A stretch of 64,000 bases of DNA from Hemiscyllium ocellatum (taxonomy: Eukaryota). The stretch lies in contig NC_083427.1 in the NCBI RefSeq assembly GCF_020745735.1, positions 6,727,438-6,791,437 of the forward strand. The letters are read 5' to 3'. The notes beneath the pieces are model-generated. The model searched no databases and had not been told where the DNA came from. It saw only the letters and a program-made list of their open reading frames with translations. The position numbers and the translations under genes are program-made. Every line of letters starts with the position of its first letter. Position 1 is the stretch's first letter. Positions 1 through 11,985 of the stretch are shown here, in pieces.

Positions 1-429
1 CCCTTCATCAGGGCTGCGAGGTGTCCATTTCACAGAATTTCTTTTCGATAACTGTGAAACCGAAGAGTGCACAGGTCAGTCAGAATTGTCAGCAAGGTTT
101 AATCAGCACTTTCTCACTGGAGATGTTAATGAGTGGCATCTTTCAGACACGGAATCGTAGATTTTGCACCGAAGATCCATTCAGGATTGAACTAAAAGTT
201 CACAATATTATTGTAAATTTGTTCCTATTGAGAATTCTTCAGTTAACGTGAAGGAGCACAAATTGTCTCAAAGGTGAGAAAGCACTGCTTTAAATATCAG
301 TGACGTATTCAGAATATTCAACTCCAATGGGTTGTCCCGATTGCTCTCACAACACATACAAAAGTTGTCAGACAAATAAGCCCGGATGTGCTTGCCAACA
401 TAAATGACAGCAGAGTCCAATCCCCCTGG

Positions 430-1272
430 TCATTTATGGAGTCGCTCATGCGTGACCAGACTGCAGGATCGAGTGAATCCCTTCCCGCACACGGAGCAGA
501 TGAATGGCCTCTCTCCAGTGTGAACCCGCTGGTGCGCGAGCAGAGCGGACGAGCACCTGAAGGACTTGGCACAGTGGCAGCAGTCGAAGAGCTTCTCCGC
601 GGAGTGAGTTTGCTGGTGTGCCTTGAGGGTGGACGAGACCGTGAAGGCCTTCCCGCACACGGCGCAGGGGAACGGTTTCTCCCCGGTGTGAACCCGCTGG
701 TGCGTGATGAGGGCGGACGTCTGCCTGAAGCTTTTCCCGCACAGGGAGCAGCTGAACGGCCTCTCCCCGGTGTGGACCCGCTGGTGCCTCACCAGACTGG
801 ACGGCTGAGTGAATCCCTTCCCGCACACCGAGCACGTGAACGGCCTCTCCCCGGTGTGAACCCGCTGGTGTTCTTCCAGGCTGTGCAAGTACTTGAACCG
901 CTTCCCGCAGTAGGTGCAGTGGAATGGCTTCTCCTCAGAGTGAATCCGTTGGTGGGTCACCAGGTTGGATGACTTAGTGAACCCCTTCCCACACTGGGCG
1001 CAAACGAACGGCCGCTCCCCGGTGTGAACCCGCTGGTGCTGATTGAGGTCAGACGAAGAAATGAACCTCTTCTCACAGTGAGTGCAGCTGAACGGCCTCT
1101 CCTCGGTGTGAATGCGCTGGTGTAACATGAGGCAGGTTGTCTTGGTGAACTCCTTCCCACACACTGAACAGACAAACGGTTTCTCCCCAGTGTGACTGCG
1201 GCGATGAATCTCCAGCTGGGATGGGTAATCGAATCGTTTGCCACAGTCCCCACACGTCAACGGTTTGACCAT
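430..1272 (-). CDS. Poly-C2H2 zinc-finger protein ZNF-A (10 fingers, ~280 aa, no KRAB visible)
   Basis: Ten CxxC-x12-HxxxH units with TGE(K/R)PF linkers. The ORF-track start at 1368 is a GTG; the first in-frame ATG is at 1272 ([12 protein letters not shown]), matching the MEKxxKCGDC starts of the paralogues. Confidence 0.9.
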   Translation of the reverse strand: MVKPLTCGDCGKRFDYPSQLEIHRRSHTGEKPFVCSVCGKEFTKTTCLMLHQRIHTEERPFSCTHCEKRFISSSDLNQHQRVHTGERPFVCAQCGKGFTKSSNLVTHQRIHSEEKPFHCTYCGKRFKYLHSLEEHQRVHTGERPFTCSVCGKGFTQPSSLVRHQRVHTGERPFSCSLCGKSFRQTSALITHQRVHTGEKPFPCAVCGKAFTVSSTLKAHQQTHSAEKLFDCCHCAKSFRCSSALLAHQRVHTGERPFICSVCGKGFTRSCSLVTHERLHK

Positions 1273-1559
1273 GATGCTTTGTTCACACGCTGCACATATA
1301 TGATCGCTCCCCACTATCAAGAGTGCAATATGATTTTCAGGGTGTAGCAGTTTTAAAATCCTTTCCACAGTCTGTTTGTTGGAACAGTGTCACTCAGCGG
1401 GGGTGTAGATGTTTTCGTGCTTTTCCACTCACACTGAGGTTTTAAATCTTCCCTTCAGCCAAGCGTTCCTCCCTCCAAACTCAAAGGCCAATGGTATTCA
1501 GATCCTGACGTGCTGGTTGGTCCCAGCCGTGCATCTCGCAATCCTTCCCTTCTCAAAGC

Positions 1560-1570
1560 CTGTAAAAGGA
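1560..1570 (-). other. 3' splice acceptor of the ZNF-A coding exon
   Basis: Minus strand reads tccttttacag|gctttgagaagggaagg, similar to the acceptors at 21172 and 50379. Confidence 0.6.
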
Positions 1571-1844
1571 AATACTATGTTTACAAATGTCATCGTTGTC
1601 AGGACAGGACAGAAATTCAGAGCACACACTTCTAGTTTCTATGGAAGACTGTCCCTTCACTTCTTGCGCAAAGCTGTAAATCTCAGCACCCACACACTCT
1701 CCTTCCTCCATGGGCTGAAATCCAAATCCATTACCACCACGTTCCTTCTTTCCTGGGTTTCACCTCCCTGCCTCTCCTCTGCAATGGCTTCCGTTCTCCA
1801 GTCCCTCTCTGCAGATTGAGAATCTCTGAAGGACTGAGTAAGGA

Positions 1845-3545
1845 CAGTCAGCATTCTCGGTGAGTGGGAAATCGTGTCTCATAAATGGGACTGAATTTTT
1901 ATTTGAAGAAGTGACCAAGAAGATAGAGGAGGGCAATGCGGCAAACGCTGTCTACAAGGATTTCAGCAAGGCCTTCGCCAGGGTAACACATGGTAGCCTG
2001 GTTAGTTCGGTTAAATCACACGGCATCCAGGGAAAGTTGGCAATTAGATACAAATTGGCTGGATGGTAAAACACAGAGGGTGGTGTGCAGAGGCTTGTTT
2101 TACAGACTGGAAGCCTGTGATCAATGGCATATCGCAAGAATCCATGCTGGATCCACATCGTCATTTATCTCAGTGATTTGGGTGAGAGTATAGGAGACGC
2201 GGTTAGGAAGTTTGCCGATGATACCAAAATCATATAGTGGACTATGAAGAAGATTATTTAAGATGGCAAGGAATCTTGATTAACTCAGCTCGAGGGCCAA
2301 GGCATGACAGGTGGGAGTGTAATTCAGATAAATGCAACGTGTGGCATTTTGGAAGACAAACAAAGGACTTACACAGTTAAGAATCGAGTCTTGTCGAACA
2401 GAGAGACCTAGGAGTACAGGGACAGTTATTTAAAAGTGGCATCACAAGGTAGACAGGATGGGAAAGGCTACACTTGGCTCACTTGCCTTCATCAGTCAAA
2501 GCACTGAGTACAGTAATTGGGATGTTACAGTTGTGGAAGGTATTGGTGAGGTCACATTTGGACTAATGCACACAATTCTGCGTGTCCTGCTATAGCAAGG
2601 ATGTTATTAAACTGAAAACTATGCAAAAACAATTTACTCGAATATTACCAAAAGTGGAAGGACTGAGGCATAAGGAAAGTCTGGACAGGTTGGTGCTTCA
2701 TTCCCTGGAGGATAGATAGTTGAAGAACGCCTCATTTTCCACCTCGGAACACTTCAACCCCAGGGCATCAATATGGACTTCACCAGTTTCCTCAGTTCCC
2801 CTCCCTCCACCTTACCCCAGTTCCAACCTTCCAGATCAGCACCGTCCCCATGACCTGACCTACCTGCCCATCTCCCTTCCCATCTATCCACTCCACCCTC
2901 CCCTCTGACCTATCACCTCCATCCCCAACCCCATTCACCTATTGTACTCTTTGCTACTTTCCCCCACCCTCCCCTCTGACCTATCACCCCCATCCCCACC
3001 CACATTAATCTATTGTACTCTTTGCTACCTTCTCCCCAGCCCACCACCACCCCCAACCCGGCATTTATCTCTTCACCCTGGAGGCTCCCTGCCCCGATTC
3101 CTGATGAAGGGCTTTTGCCCGACATGGCAATTTTTCTGCTCCTCGGATGCTGCCTGACCTGCTGTGCTTTTCCAGCACCACTCTGATCTAACCCCTGGTT
3201 TCCAGCATCTGCAGTCCTCACTTTTGCATACAGTTGAGGAGATGACCTTATAGATGTTTTTAAAACCACAAAGGGCACAGGTAAGATGAACAGCCGAAGT
3301 ATTTTCCCCAGGGTTTTGGGGGTGTCCAAAACTGGAGGGCAAAAGAGAGCGGTAAGGTGTAAAACGGACCCGAGGGGCAGCATTTTCACAAGGAGCTGGT
3401 GTGTATATGAAGTGAGCTGCCAGAGGAAGTTGCAGGGATGGCTATAACTGCAACATTCAAATGACATTTGAACAGGTACATGGGTACGAAAGGTTTCCAG
3501 GGGTATGGGCCAAGCGTAGGAAAAGGGGACAAGTCCAGTTTTACA
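1845..3545 (+). mobile_element. Degenerate CR1 (HER1-like) LINE, RT to 3' end, interrupted by a PLE fragment
   Basis: Remnants GKSCL..EF.FEEVTK and DFSKAF, KFADDTK-like DNA at ~2208, and CR1 3' region sequence at 3232-3545. Confidence 0.8.
2718..3228 (+). mobile_element. Penelope-like element 3' fragment (family A) with degenerate hammerhead
   Basis: EERLIF.LGTLQP.GIN.DF endonuclease tail, C-rich tract, ctgatgaagggcttttgccc at 3101 and the conserved terminal sequence. Confidence 0.8.
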
Positions 3546-3639
3546 GTAAAAAGTGAGGTCTGCAGATGCTGGAGATCACAGCTGCAAATGTGTTGCTGGT
3601 TAAAGCACAGCAGGTAAGGCAGCATCTAAGGAATAGGAA

Positions 3640-3675
3640 ATTCGACGTTTCGAGCATAAGCCCTTCATCAGGAAT
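3640..3675 (-). ncRNA. Minimal type I hammerhead ribozyme (intact core)
   Basis: AUUC-CUGAUGA-A-GGGC-UUAU-GCUC-GAAACGUC-GAAU: full catalytic core, stems I and II, palindromic ACGU helix III. Confidence 0.75.
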
Positions 3676-4102
3676 GAGGAGAGTTTGCCAAGCAGGCTAA
3701 GATAAAAGGTAGGGAGGAGGGACTTGGGGGAGGGGCGATGGAGATGTGATAGGTGGAAGGAGGTCAAGGTGAGGGTGATAGGCCGGAGTGGGGTGGGGGC
3801 GGAGAGGTCAGGAAGAGGATTGCAGGTTAGGAACGAGTCTGTTTGAGAACGTGGCTGAAGAGTTTCTGTGCAGAGGAGATGACCTGGGGGGTGCAGTGAG
3901 AGAGGGACTCACTGAAATCCTTGTAGAGGGAGGAAGAGAGCTTCTTCAAGGAAGGCATCCTTGTAAGAGGATTCGCAGTAGGTTAAAATCTTCGAGTAAA
4001 AAATGAGGTCTGCAGATGCTGGAGATCACAGCTGCAAATGTGTTGCTGGTTAAAGCACAGCAGGTTAGGCAGCATCTCAGGAATAGAGAATTCGACTCTC
4101 TT

Positions 4103-4138
4103 ATTCCTGATGAAGGGCTTATGCTCGAAACGTCGAAT
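4103..4138 (+). ncRNA. Minimal type I hammerhead ribozyme (intact core)
   Basis: attc ctgatga a gggc ttat gctc gaaacgtc gaat. Confidence 0.75.
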
Positions 4139-4476
4139 TCTCTATTCCTGAGATGCTGCCTGGCCTGCTGTGCTTTAACCAGCAACACAAGTCCAGTTTT
4201 ACATGCTGTATCCCTAAAAACAAATCAAATCAATGAATCAGATTGGAATTGCAGTGGTTCTCTCTCTCTCTCTCTCTCCTCCCAAATCCCAAACTGTGAA
4301 CCATCTTCATTTCACTGCCCCAGACTGGCAACCATTTTGTTTGCTGCTTGCAAAATCATTCCCATTCAATATCCTCCAAACAGCAAATTATGAAATGCAA
4401 GGCTGCAAATCTAGGATAGAAACTGGAAAGAAGCTGATATTCATTGGGGGAGTGGAGGGGGGGAGAGAATGCAATG

Positions 4477-4995
4477 CTCATGCGCCCTGCTCGACCTTGC
4501 CCCCAATTAAAATGGCGGCCATCACCCCATCCTCTCCAGGCCAGGGGGACGATGCTACGCATGCGCCCTGCCAGACTTTGCCCCTAATTAAGATGGCGGT
4601 CATCACTACGACCACCACCAGGCACTGCCCGGCTTCGGATCCGCGGCCTTGTCCTGGTCGGCCGCAGACCGGGACCGCGATCCTGCCATTCCGATCGGAA
4701 GCACCTCCCGGCCTTCAGGAAACTGCCCCGTCCACTTGCAGGTCGTGATTATGCCTCACCTTTCATCGCCCCACAACCTCCGACGGCTTCCCCACGGGCG
4801 GCCCCAGCAACGGTCACCACCGGCAACTGCGCCTGCGCGACGCATCGGGGTGCCGGTGGGCCCCGTCGCGTGGGACCCGCCCCGGCTCTGGCTCTGATTG
4901 GTCGGAGGGCGGGCCGCCACCGCTCTTTCTATTGGTCCGCAGCGGCTGTCAATCAGGGGGTCCCCCCTCCCATTGTGACCTGAGGCGTGCGCGCT
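4477..4995 (-). promoter_or_regulatory. CpG-rich promoter and non-coding first exon of ZNF-A
   Basis: YY1-like aaaatggcggcc (4509) and aagatggcgg (4590); NRF1-like catgcgc and tgcgcctgcgc (4828); ATTGG boxes at ~4897 and ~4931; GC box; donor aag|gtgagg at 4760/4759. Confidence 0.65.
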
Positions 4996-5384
4996 CCCAG
5001 ACCTCCACCAGCCACTCAAAACAGTCATGCGCACGCCTTCCCACAGGCAGGGTCTATACAAGGTCATACTTGCACACAGTATATCCCACCTTCCCACACA
5101 CATAAGCCTATGGGGTGAATTTGCATTTGCAGATGTATTCTATTTTGTTTAACAAGCATAAAATCTGCAGGCAGTCCAAGTGACATTTTATCAACTCCTA
5201 CTTTGGAAATAGTTTAGAATCCTTACAATATGGAACCAGGCCATTTGGCCCCAACATGTCCACACCAACCCTTCGAAAAGTAACCCAGACCCATTTCCCC
5301 TACCCTGTATTTACCCCTGACTAATCAACGTAACACTATGGGCAACTTAGGGTGGCCAATTCAGTAGACAATAGGTGCAGGAGT

Positions 5385-6030
5385 AGGGGTGGGAACGGTA
5401 GCATTATTTAAGATGAATCTAGGCAGATACATGAATGGGCAGGGAGCAGAGGGATACAGATCCTTAGAAAATAGGGGACAGGTTTAGATAGAGGATCTGG
5501 ATCGACACAGGAGGGCCGATGGGCCAGTTCCTATGCTGGAATTTTCTTTCTTCTTTGTTCTAAACCTGTTGGGCTACAACCTGATACAGAACTGTGGGAT
5601 TTTCAACTTGATAGGAAGACGTTAGAGAGCTAGGACTATTTTCTTTCAAGTGTAGGAGATTGAGGGGGGGAATCTTATAGGAAAGTACAGGGTCATGAAA
5701 GGTGTGGGATCGGATGGATGCTCTCAGTCTCTTTTCTCAGGGTGAGGGAATTGAGGACTAGAGGGCATCGTTTCAGGGGAAAGAATAAAAGGGAACCTGA
5801 GGGGCAACTTGTTTTACACAGAGGGTGGTATGCATATGGAATGAGCTGCCAGCGGATGTGGTGGAAGCAGGTACAATACCACCATTTAAAAGGCATTTGG
5901 ACAAATAGACAGATAGGAGAGGTTCAGAAAGATATGGGCCAAGGGCAGGGAAATATGGTTAACATGGACGAACACGGACCAGTTTGGGACAAAGGGCCTG
6001 TCTCCATGCTGCAGGAGAGTCTATGACTCT
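5385..6030 (+). mobile_element. CR1 LINE 3' fragments
   Basis: RTRGHRF-like remnant and CR1-type 3' tail (aagggcctgtctccatgctg...ctatgactcta). Confidence 0.7.
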
Positions 6031-6247
6031 ATCAATTCAGCAGCTCCGGCAGCAGCTGTGGGGAGAGGGAAGCAGACTCCCGGTGACATGTCTGCCTGCA
6101 GATACAGCCAGACCTGCTGCGGAGTTTTTCCCAGCGATTTCTGGTTTCGTTTCAGATTTCCAGCATCCGGAGTTCTTTGTTTTGTTTTCATTTTGTGAAT
6201 TGGTGGAGCCCCTCACAAATTTAAACTTACTGATTGTCGTTGTAATC

Positions 6248-8135
6248 CTCACTGGGTTGTGGGTGGGTAATATTCCCCGTCGGGCCTCTCACTGGGTTGT
6301 GGGTGGGTAATACTCCCCGTCAGGCCCCTCACTGGGTTGTGGGTGGGTAATACTCCCCGTCTGGCCCCTCACTGGGGTGTGGGACGGTAATACTCCCCGT
6401 CGGGCCTCTCACTGGGTTGTGGGTGGGTAATACTCCCCGTCAGGCCCCTCACTGGGTTGTGGGTGGGTAATACTCCCTGTCAGGCCCCTCACTGGGTTGT
6501 GGGTGGGTAATACTCCCCGTCGGGCCTCTCACTGGGTTGTGGGTGGGTAATACTCCCCGTCGGGCCCCTCACTGGGGTGTGGGTGGGTAATACTCCCCAT
6601 CAGGCCTCTTACTGGGGTATGGGTGGGTAATACTCCCCGTGGGGCCTCTCACTGGGGTGTGGGTGGGTAATACTCCCCGTCGGGCCTCTCACTGGGTTGT
6701 GGGTGGGTAATACTCCCCGTCAGGCCCCTCACTGGGTTGTGGGTGGGTAATACTCCCCGTGGGGCCTCTCACTGGGTTGTGGGTGGGTAATACTCCCCGT
6801 CAGGCCCCTCACTGGGTTGTGGGTGGGTAATACTCCCCATCGGGCCCCTCACTGGGTTGTGGGTGGGTAATACTCCCCGTCAGGCCCCTCACTGGGTTGT
6901 GGGTAGGTAATACTCCCCGTCAGGCCCCTCAATGGGTTGTGGGTGGGTAATACTCCCCGTGGGGCCTCTCACTGGGTTGTGGGTGGGTAATACTCCCCGT
7001 CGGGCCCCTCACTGGGTTGTGGGAGGGTAATACTCTCCGTTGGGCCCCTCACTGGGTTGTGGGTGGGTAATACTCTCCGTCAGGCCCCTCACTGGGTTGT
7101 GGGTGGGTAATACTCCCCGTCAGGCCCCTCACTGGGGTGTGGGTGGGTAATACTCCCCGTCGGGCCCCTCACTGGGGTGTGGGTGGGTAATGCTCCCCGT
7201 CAGGCCCCTCACTGGGGTGTGGGTGGGTAATACTCCCCGTCAGGCCCCTCACTGGGTTGTGGGAGGGTAATACTCCCCGTCTGGCCCCTCACTGGGGTGT
7301 GGGTGGGTAATACTCCCCGTCAGGCCTCTCACTGGGTTGTGGGTGGGTAATACTCCCTGTCAGGCCCCTCACTGGGGTGTGAGTGGGTAATACTCCCCGT
7401 CAGGCCCCTCACTGGGTTGTGGGAGGGTAATACTCCCCGTCTGGCCCCTCACTGGGGTGTGGGTGGGTAATACTCCCCGTCAGGCCTCTCACTGGGTTGT
7501 GGGTGGGTAATACTCCCTGTCAGGCCCCTCACTGGGGTGTGAGTGGGTAATACTCCCCGTCAGGCCCCTCACTGGGTTGTGGGTGGGTAATACTCCCCGT
7601 CAGGCCCCTCACTGGGGTGTGGGAGGGTAATACTCCCCGTTGGGCCCCTCACTGGGTTGTGGGTGGGTAATACTCCCCGTCAGGCCCCTCACTGGGTTGT
7701 GGGTGGGTAATACTCCCCGTCAGGCCCCTCACTGGGGTGTGGGTGGGTAATACTCCCCGTCAGGCCCCTCACTGGGGTGTGGGTGGGTAATACTCCCCGT
7801 CAGGCCCTTCACTGGGGTGTGGGTGGGTAATACTCCCCGTCAGGCCCCTCACTGGGGTGTGGGTGGGTAATACTCCCCGTCTGGCCCCTCAGTGGGGGGT
7901 GGGTGGGTAATACTCCCCGTCTGGCCCCTCAGTGGGGGGTGGGTGGGTAATACTCCCCGTGGGGCCTCTCACTGGGTTGTGGGTGGGTAATACTCCCCGT
8001 CGGGCCCCTCACTGGGTTGTGGGTGGGTAATACTCCCCGTCGGGCCCCTCACTGGGTTGTGGGTGGGTAATACTCCCCGTGGGGCCTCTCACTGGGTTGT
8101 GGGTGGGCAATACTCCCCGTCGGGCCTCTCACTGG
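6248..8135. repeat. 40-bp minisatellite, ~47 units (ctcactgggttgtgggtgggtaatactccccgtcaggccc)
   Basis: Exact 40-bp register throughout with substitutions only; a degenerate partial unit follows to ~8164. Confidence 0.97.
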
Positions 8136-8564
8136 CTTCCCTCTGGATTGTGGGTGGGTAATACCTTCTTGTGTCAACTGGATAGTAGGCCCAGGTGAAT
8201 AACTCACCAGTGGGTTGCCAGGCGTGACTTCCAATCGTCCTCCATCTTTGGAATGCATAAAGATATATGAATAGAGTTAGCCTGTTCAGCCCAATGCGTC
8301 TGTTCTAGCCTTCGATCATGGCGGATATGTTTCTGCACCCCATTCTCTTGCCTTCTCCCCATAACCCTTGCTCCCCTTACTAATCAGGAGTGTACCTACT
8401 CTGCCTTGAGGATGTGCAAGGACGCAATTTCCACAGCCTTCTGCGGCAATGACATTCACAGTTCAACCACCCTCTGTCTGAAGAAATTCCTCATCATCTC
8501 CGTTCCAAAGGGTCATGCCTCTGGCCCTGAATCTGTCCTCCCAGTGGAAATAGCTTCCCCATGA

Positions 8565-8816
8565 CCAGCCTCAGGGCGACTGTGTGGAGTTTGCACACAT
8601 GTCTGTGTGGGTTTCCTCCGGGTGCTCCGGTTTCCTCCCACAGTCCAAAGATGTGCAGGTATGGGGTGAATTGGCCATGCTAAATTGCCCACAGTGTTAG
8701 GTGCATTAGTCAGAGGGAAATGGGTCTGGGCGCGTTACTCTTCGGAGAGTCAGTGTGGACTTGTTGGGCCGTAGGGCCTGTTTCCACACGATAGGGAATC
8801 TAATCTAATCTAATCA
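8565..8816 (+). mobile_element. V-SINE (HE1-like), 5' truncated
   Basis: V-domain tgtgtggagtttgcac...ggtttcctcccacagtccaaagatgtgc and (aatct)n tail. Confidence 0.85.
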
Positions 8817-8857
8817 GCTTCCTCTCTCCCGTAAAAGGTACAGTACACCACACCTTC

Positions 8858-10490
8858 AGAGAACAGAGAACATTACAGTGCAGTACAAGCCCTTTGGCCC
8901 TCGATGTCGCACTGACCTGTGAAATTAATCTGATTCCCAGCTAACCTACATGTTCCATTATTATCCATATTTCCGTCCAATACCCACTTAAATACCCTTC
9001 ACGTTGGCAAGTCTACTACTATTGCAGGCAGGCCGTTCCACGCCCCGACTACTCTCTGAGTAAAGAAACTACCCCTGAGATCTGTCCTAAACCTATCACC
9101 CCTCAATTTAAAGGAAAAAGGCTCCAACTGTCTCCCCTTTCTCACCCTCTGATTATCATATACGTCTCGATAAAGTCACCTCTCAACCTTCTTCTCTCCA
9201 ACGAAAATAGTCTTAAGTCCCTCAGCCTTTCCTCATAAGACCTTCCTTTCAGACCAGGTAACAAGCTGGTAAATCTCCTCTGAATCCTTTCCAAAGAGTC
9301 CACATCCTTCCTATAATGCGGTGACCAGAACTGTACGCAATACTCCCAAGTGCGGTTGCACTAGTGTCTTGTACAGCTGAAGAATGACCTCGTGGCTCTG
9401 AAACTCAATCCCCCTACCAATAAACGGCAACAAACTATCTGCCTTCTTAACAACCCTATCACCCTCCTCCCTCCCCACCATCCAAGGCCCTAAAGGAGCC
9501 TTCCACATCCATCAAAGTTTCACCTGCACATCCACCAATATCATTTATTGTATCCGTTGCTCCCGCTACATTGGGGAGACTGGGCGCCTCCGAGCAAAGC
9601 GATTTAGGGAACATCTCCGAGACACCCGCACCAATCAACCACACCGCCCCGTGGCCCAACATTTCAACTCCCCCTCCCATTCTGCCGAGGACATGCAAGT
9701 CCTGGGCCTCCTCCACCGCCGCTCCCTCACCACCAGACGCCTGGAGGAAGAACGTGTCCACCTTGGAACACTTCAACCCCAAGGGCATCAATGTGGACTT
9801 CACCAGTTTCCTCATTTCCCCTCCCCCCCAGTTCCAATCTTCCAGCTCAGCACCGCCCTCATGACCTGGCCTACCTGCCAATCTCCCTTCCCACCTATGC
9901 GCTCCACCCACCCCTCTGACCTATCACTTCCATCCCCACCCCCATTCACCTATTGTACTCTTTGCTACCTTCTCCCCAGCCCCAACCTCTCCCCCCCACC
10001 CCCCACCCCATTTCTCTCTCCCGTCTCTATCCCAGAAGAAGGGCTTTTGTCTGAAATATCGATTTTCCTGCTCCTCGGATGCTGCCTGACCGGCTGTGCT
10101 TTTCCAGCACCGCTCTGATCTCAACTCTGATTTCCAGCATCTGCAGGCCTCACTTTTGCCTATCAACCTGGGTGGGAACTTTCAAGGATTTATGCATCTG
10201 GTCACGGAGATCTCTCTGTTCATCTACACTGCCAAGTATTTTACCCAGTACTCTGCATTCCTGTTATTTCTTCCAAAGTGAACTACCTCTCACTTTTTCA
10301 CATTAAACTCCATTTGCCAGTTCTCAGCCCAGCTCTGCATCTTAGCTATGTCCCTCTGTAACGCACAGCATCCTTTGGCACTATCTACAACTCTGCCTAA
10401 CTTAGAGTAATTGGCAAATTTACTCACCCATCTTTCTACGCCCACATCCAGATCATTTATAAAAATGACTAACAGCAGTGGCCCCAAAAC
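8858..10490 (-). mobile_element. CR1 LINE 3' part split by a PLE insertion
   Basis: LQLYKTLV.PHL and WVSKFA..SKLG..VDS remnants. The sequence resumes at ~10160 after the PLE (duplicated cctatca). Confidence 0.8.
9461..10160 (+). mobile_element. PLE fragment: GIY-YIG endonuclease plus terminal repeat
   Basis: FTCTSTNIIYCIRC..YIGETGR..F.EHLRD and HFNSPSHS..DMQVLGL motifs; degenerate hammerhead at ~10031. Confidence 0.85.
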
Positions 10491-10494
10491 AGAA

Positions 10495-11095
10495 CAGGAT
10501 GGTGGGTGAGTTGGGGATGAACTTACAGGGGGTGGTGTTCCCATGTATCAGCTGCCCTTGTCCTTCCAGGTGGAAGTGGTCATGGTTTGGAAGACGCTAT
10601 CTCAGGATCTCTGGAGAATGTCTGCAGTGCATCTTGTAGACAGTACACATTGCTGCTACTGAGTGTGGGTGACGGAGGGAGGGAATGTGGTGCCAATTAA
10701 GCGGGCTACTTTGGTTTGGATGATGTCAGGCTTCTTGTGTGTTGTTGGAGCATTTTTAAAACATTCATGAATAGGACATGAGCAACACTGGTTTGGCCAG
10801 TATTTATTACCCATCCCAAGTGACCCAGAGGGTCAAACGTCAACCACATTGCTGTGGGTCTGAAGTCACATGTAGGCCACACCAGGTAAGGATGGCAACT
10901 TGACTCCCTCAAGGTGCATTAGTGAACCAGATGGGATTTTCTTTCGGACAATCAACAATGACTCATGGTTATTGCTGGGGCTCTTGATTCCAGATCTTCA
11001 CTGAATTCAAATTCCACCATCTGACAGGATTTGATGCGAGAACATGACCTGGGTCTCCGGATTAACAGGTCAACAAGAAGACCACGATACCCGGT
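10495..11095 (-). mobile_element. Old LINE 3' end plus tRNA-derived SINE fragment
   Basis: Shares sequence with 18465-18925 (gaattcaaattccaccatctg...ctccggattaacag). Confidence 0.5.
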
Positions 11096-11415
11096 TTTAC
11101 TGGAGGTTCTTGATGCCACACTTGGACAAACGTGGCCTTGATGGTCAAGTACTGTCACTCTCACATTATCTCTGGAATTTAGGATTTTTTTTGTGTCCAT
11201 GTTTGTACCGAGACTGTAACGAGGTCAGGAGCTGTCTGAGGTTAGTGAACCTGCCAATAATTTCCTACCTTCTGCCCCCTCCCTTCTAAAACAGGGTGTT
11301 ACATAAGCCATTTTCCAATCCTCCACCGATCCCGAAAGATAACCAAAAACACTTCCACAATCTCCTCAGCTATCGTCCGTAGAAAGCTGGGGTGTTGTCC
11401 ATCAGGCTGAGTGAT

Positions 11416-11985
11416 TAGACAATAGGTGCAGGAGTAGGCCATTCAGCCCTTCGAGCCTGCACCGCCATTCAATATGATCATGGCTGATCATTCCTACTCA
11501 GTATCCTCTTCCTGCCTTATCTCCATAACCCTTGATTCCACCATCTTTGAGAGCTCTATCCAACTCTTTCTTAAATGAATCCAGAGACTGGGCCTCCACT
11601 GCCCTCTGGGGCAGAGCATTCCACACAGCCACCACTCTCTGGGTGAATGATCTACCCCGTATTTTTAAGCTGTGTCCTCTGGTTCGGCACTCACCCATCA
11701 GTGGAAACATGTTTCCTGCCTCCAGAGTGTCCAATCCTTTAATAATCTTATATGTCTCAATCAGATCCCCTCTCAGTCTTCTAAACTCAAGGGTATACAA
11801 GCCCAGTCGCTCCAGTCTTTCAGTGTAAGGTAATCCCGCCATTCCAGGAATTGACCTCGTGAACCTACACTGCACTCCCTCAATAGCCAGAATGTCTTTC
11901 CTCAAATTTGGAGACCAGAACTGCACACAGTACTCCAGGTGTGGCCTCACCAGGGCCCTGTACAACTGCAGAAGCACCTCTTTGA
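11416..11985 (-). mobile_element. Relatively young CR1 3' end with open ORF2 C-terminus
   Basis: 159-aa ORF LLQLYRALVRPHLEYCVQFWSP...RGDLIETYKI...RTRGHSLKI; 3' tail cctactcctgcacctattgtcta. Confidence 0.9.

Larger units (their letters stand above)
3546..4186 (-). mobile_element. PLE insertion with tandem and inverted terminal repeats and a 17-bp TSD
   Basis: TSD acaagtccagttttaca at 3529-3545 and 4187-4203. The terminal repeat occurs at ~3546 and ~3997, with an inverted copy at 4132-4188. Confidence 0.85.

Noticed and set aside
388-972. Antisense or alternative-frame ORFs over ZNF-A, ZNF-C and ZNF-D, and GTG-extended starts (1368, 20664, 46092)
   Set aside because: Typical zinc-finger shadow ORFs; the GTG starts come from the ORF caller's prokaryote-style rules.
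6248-8135. CRISPR-like array
   Set aside because: No unique spacers, no cas genes and a vertebrate context; it is a pure tandem repeat.
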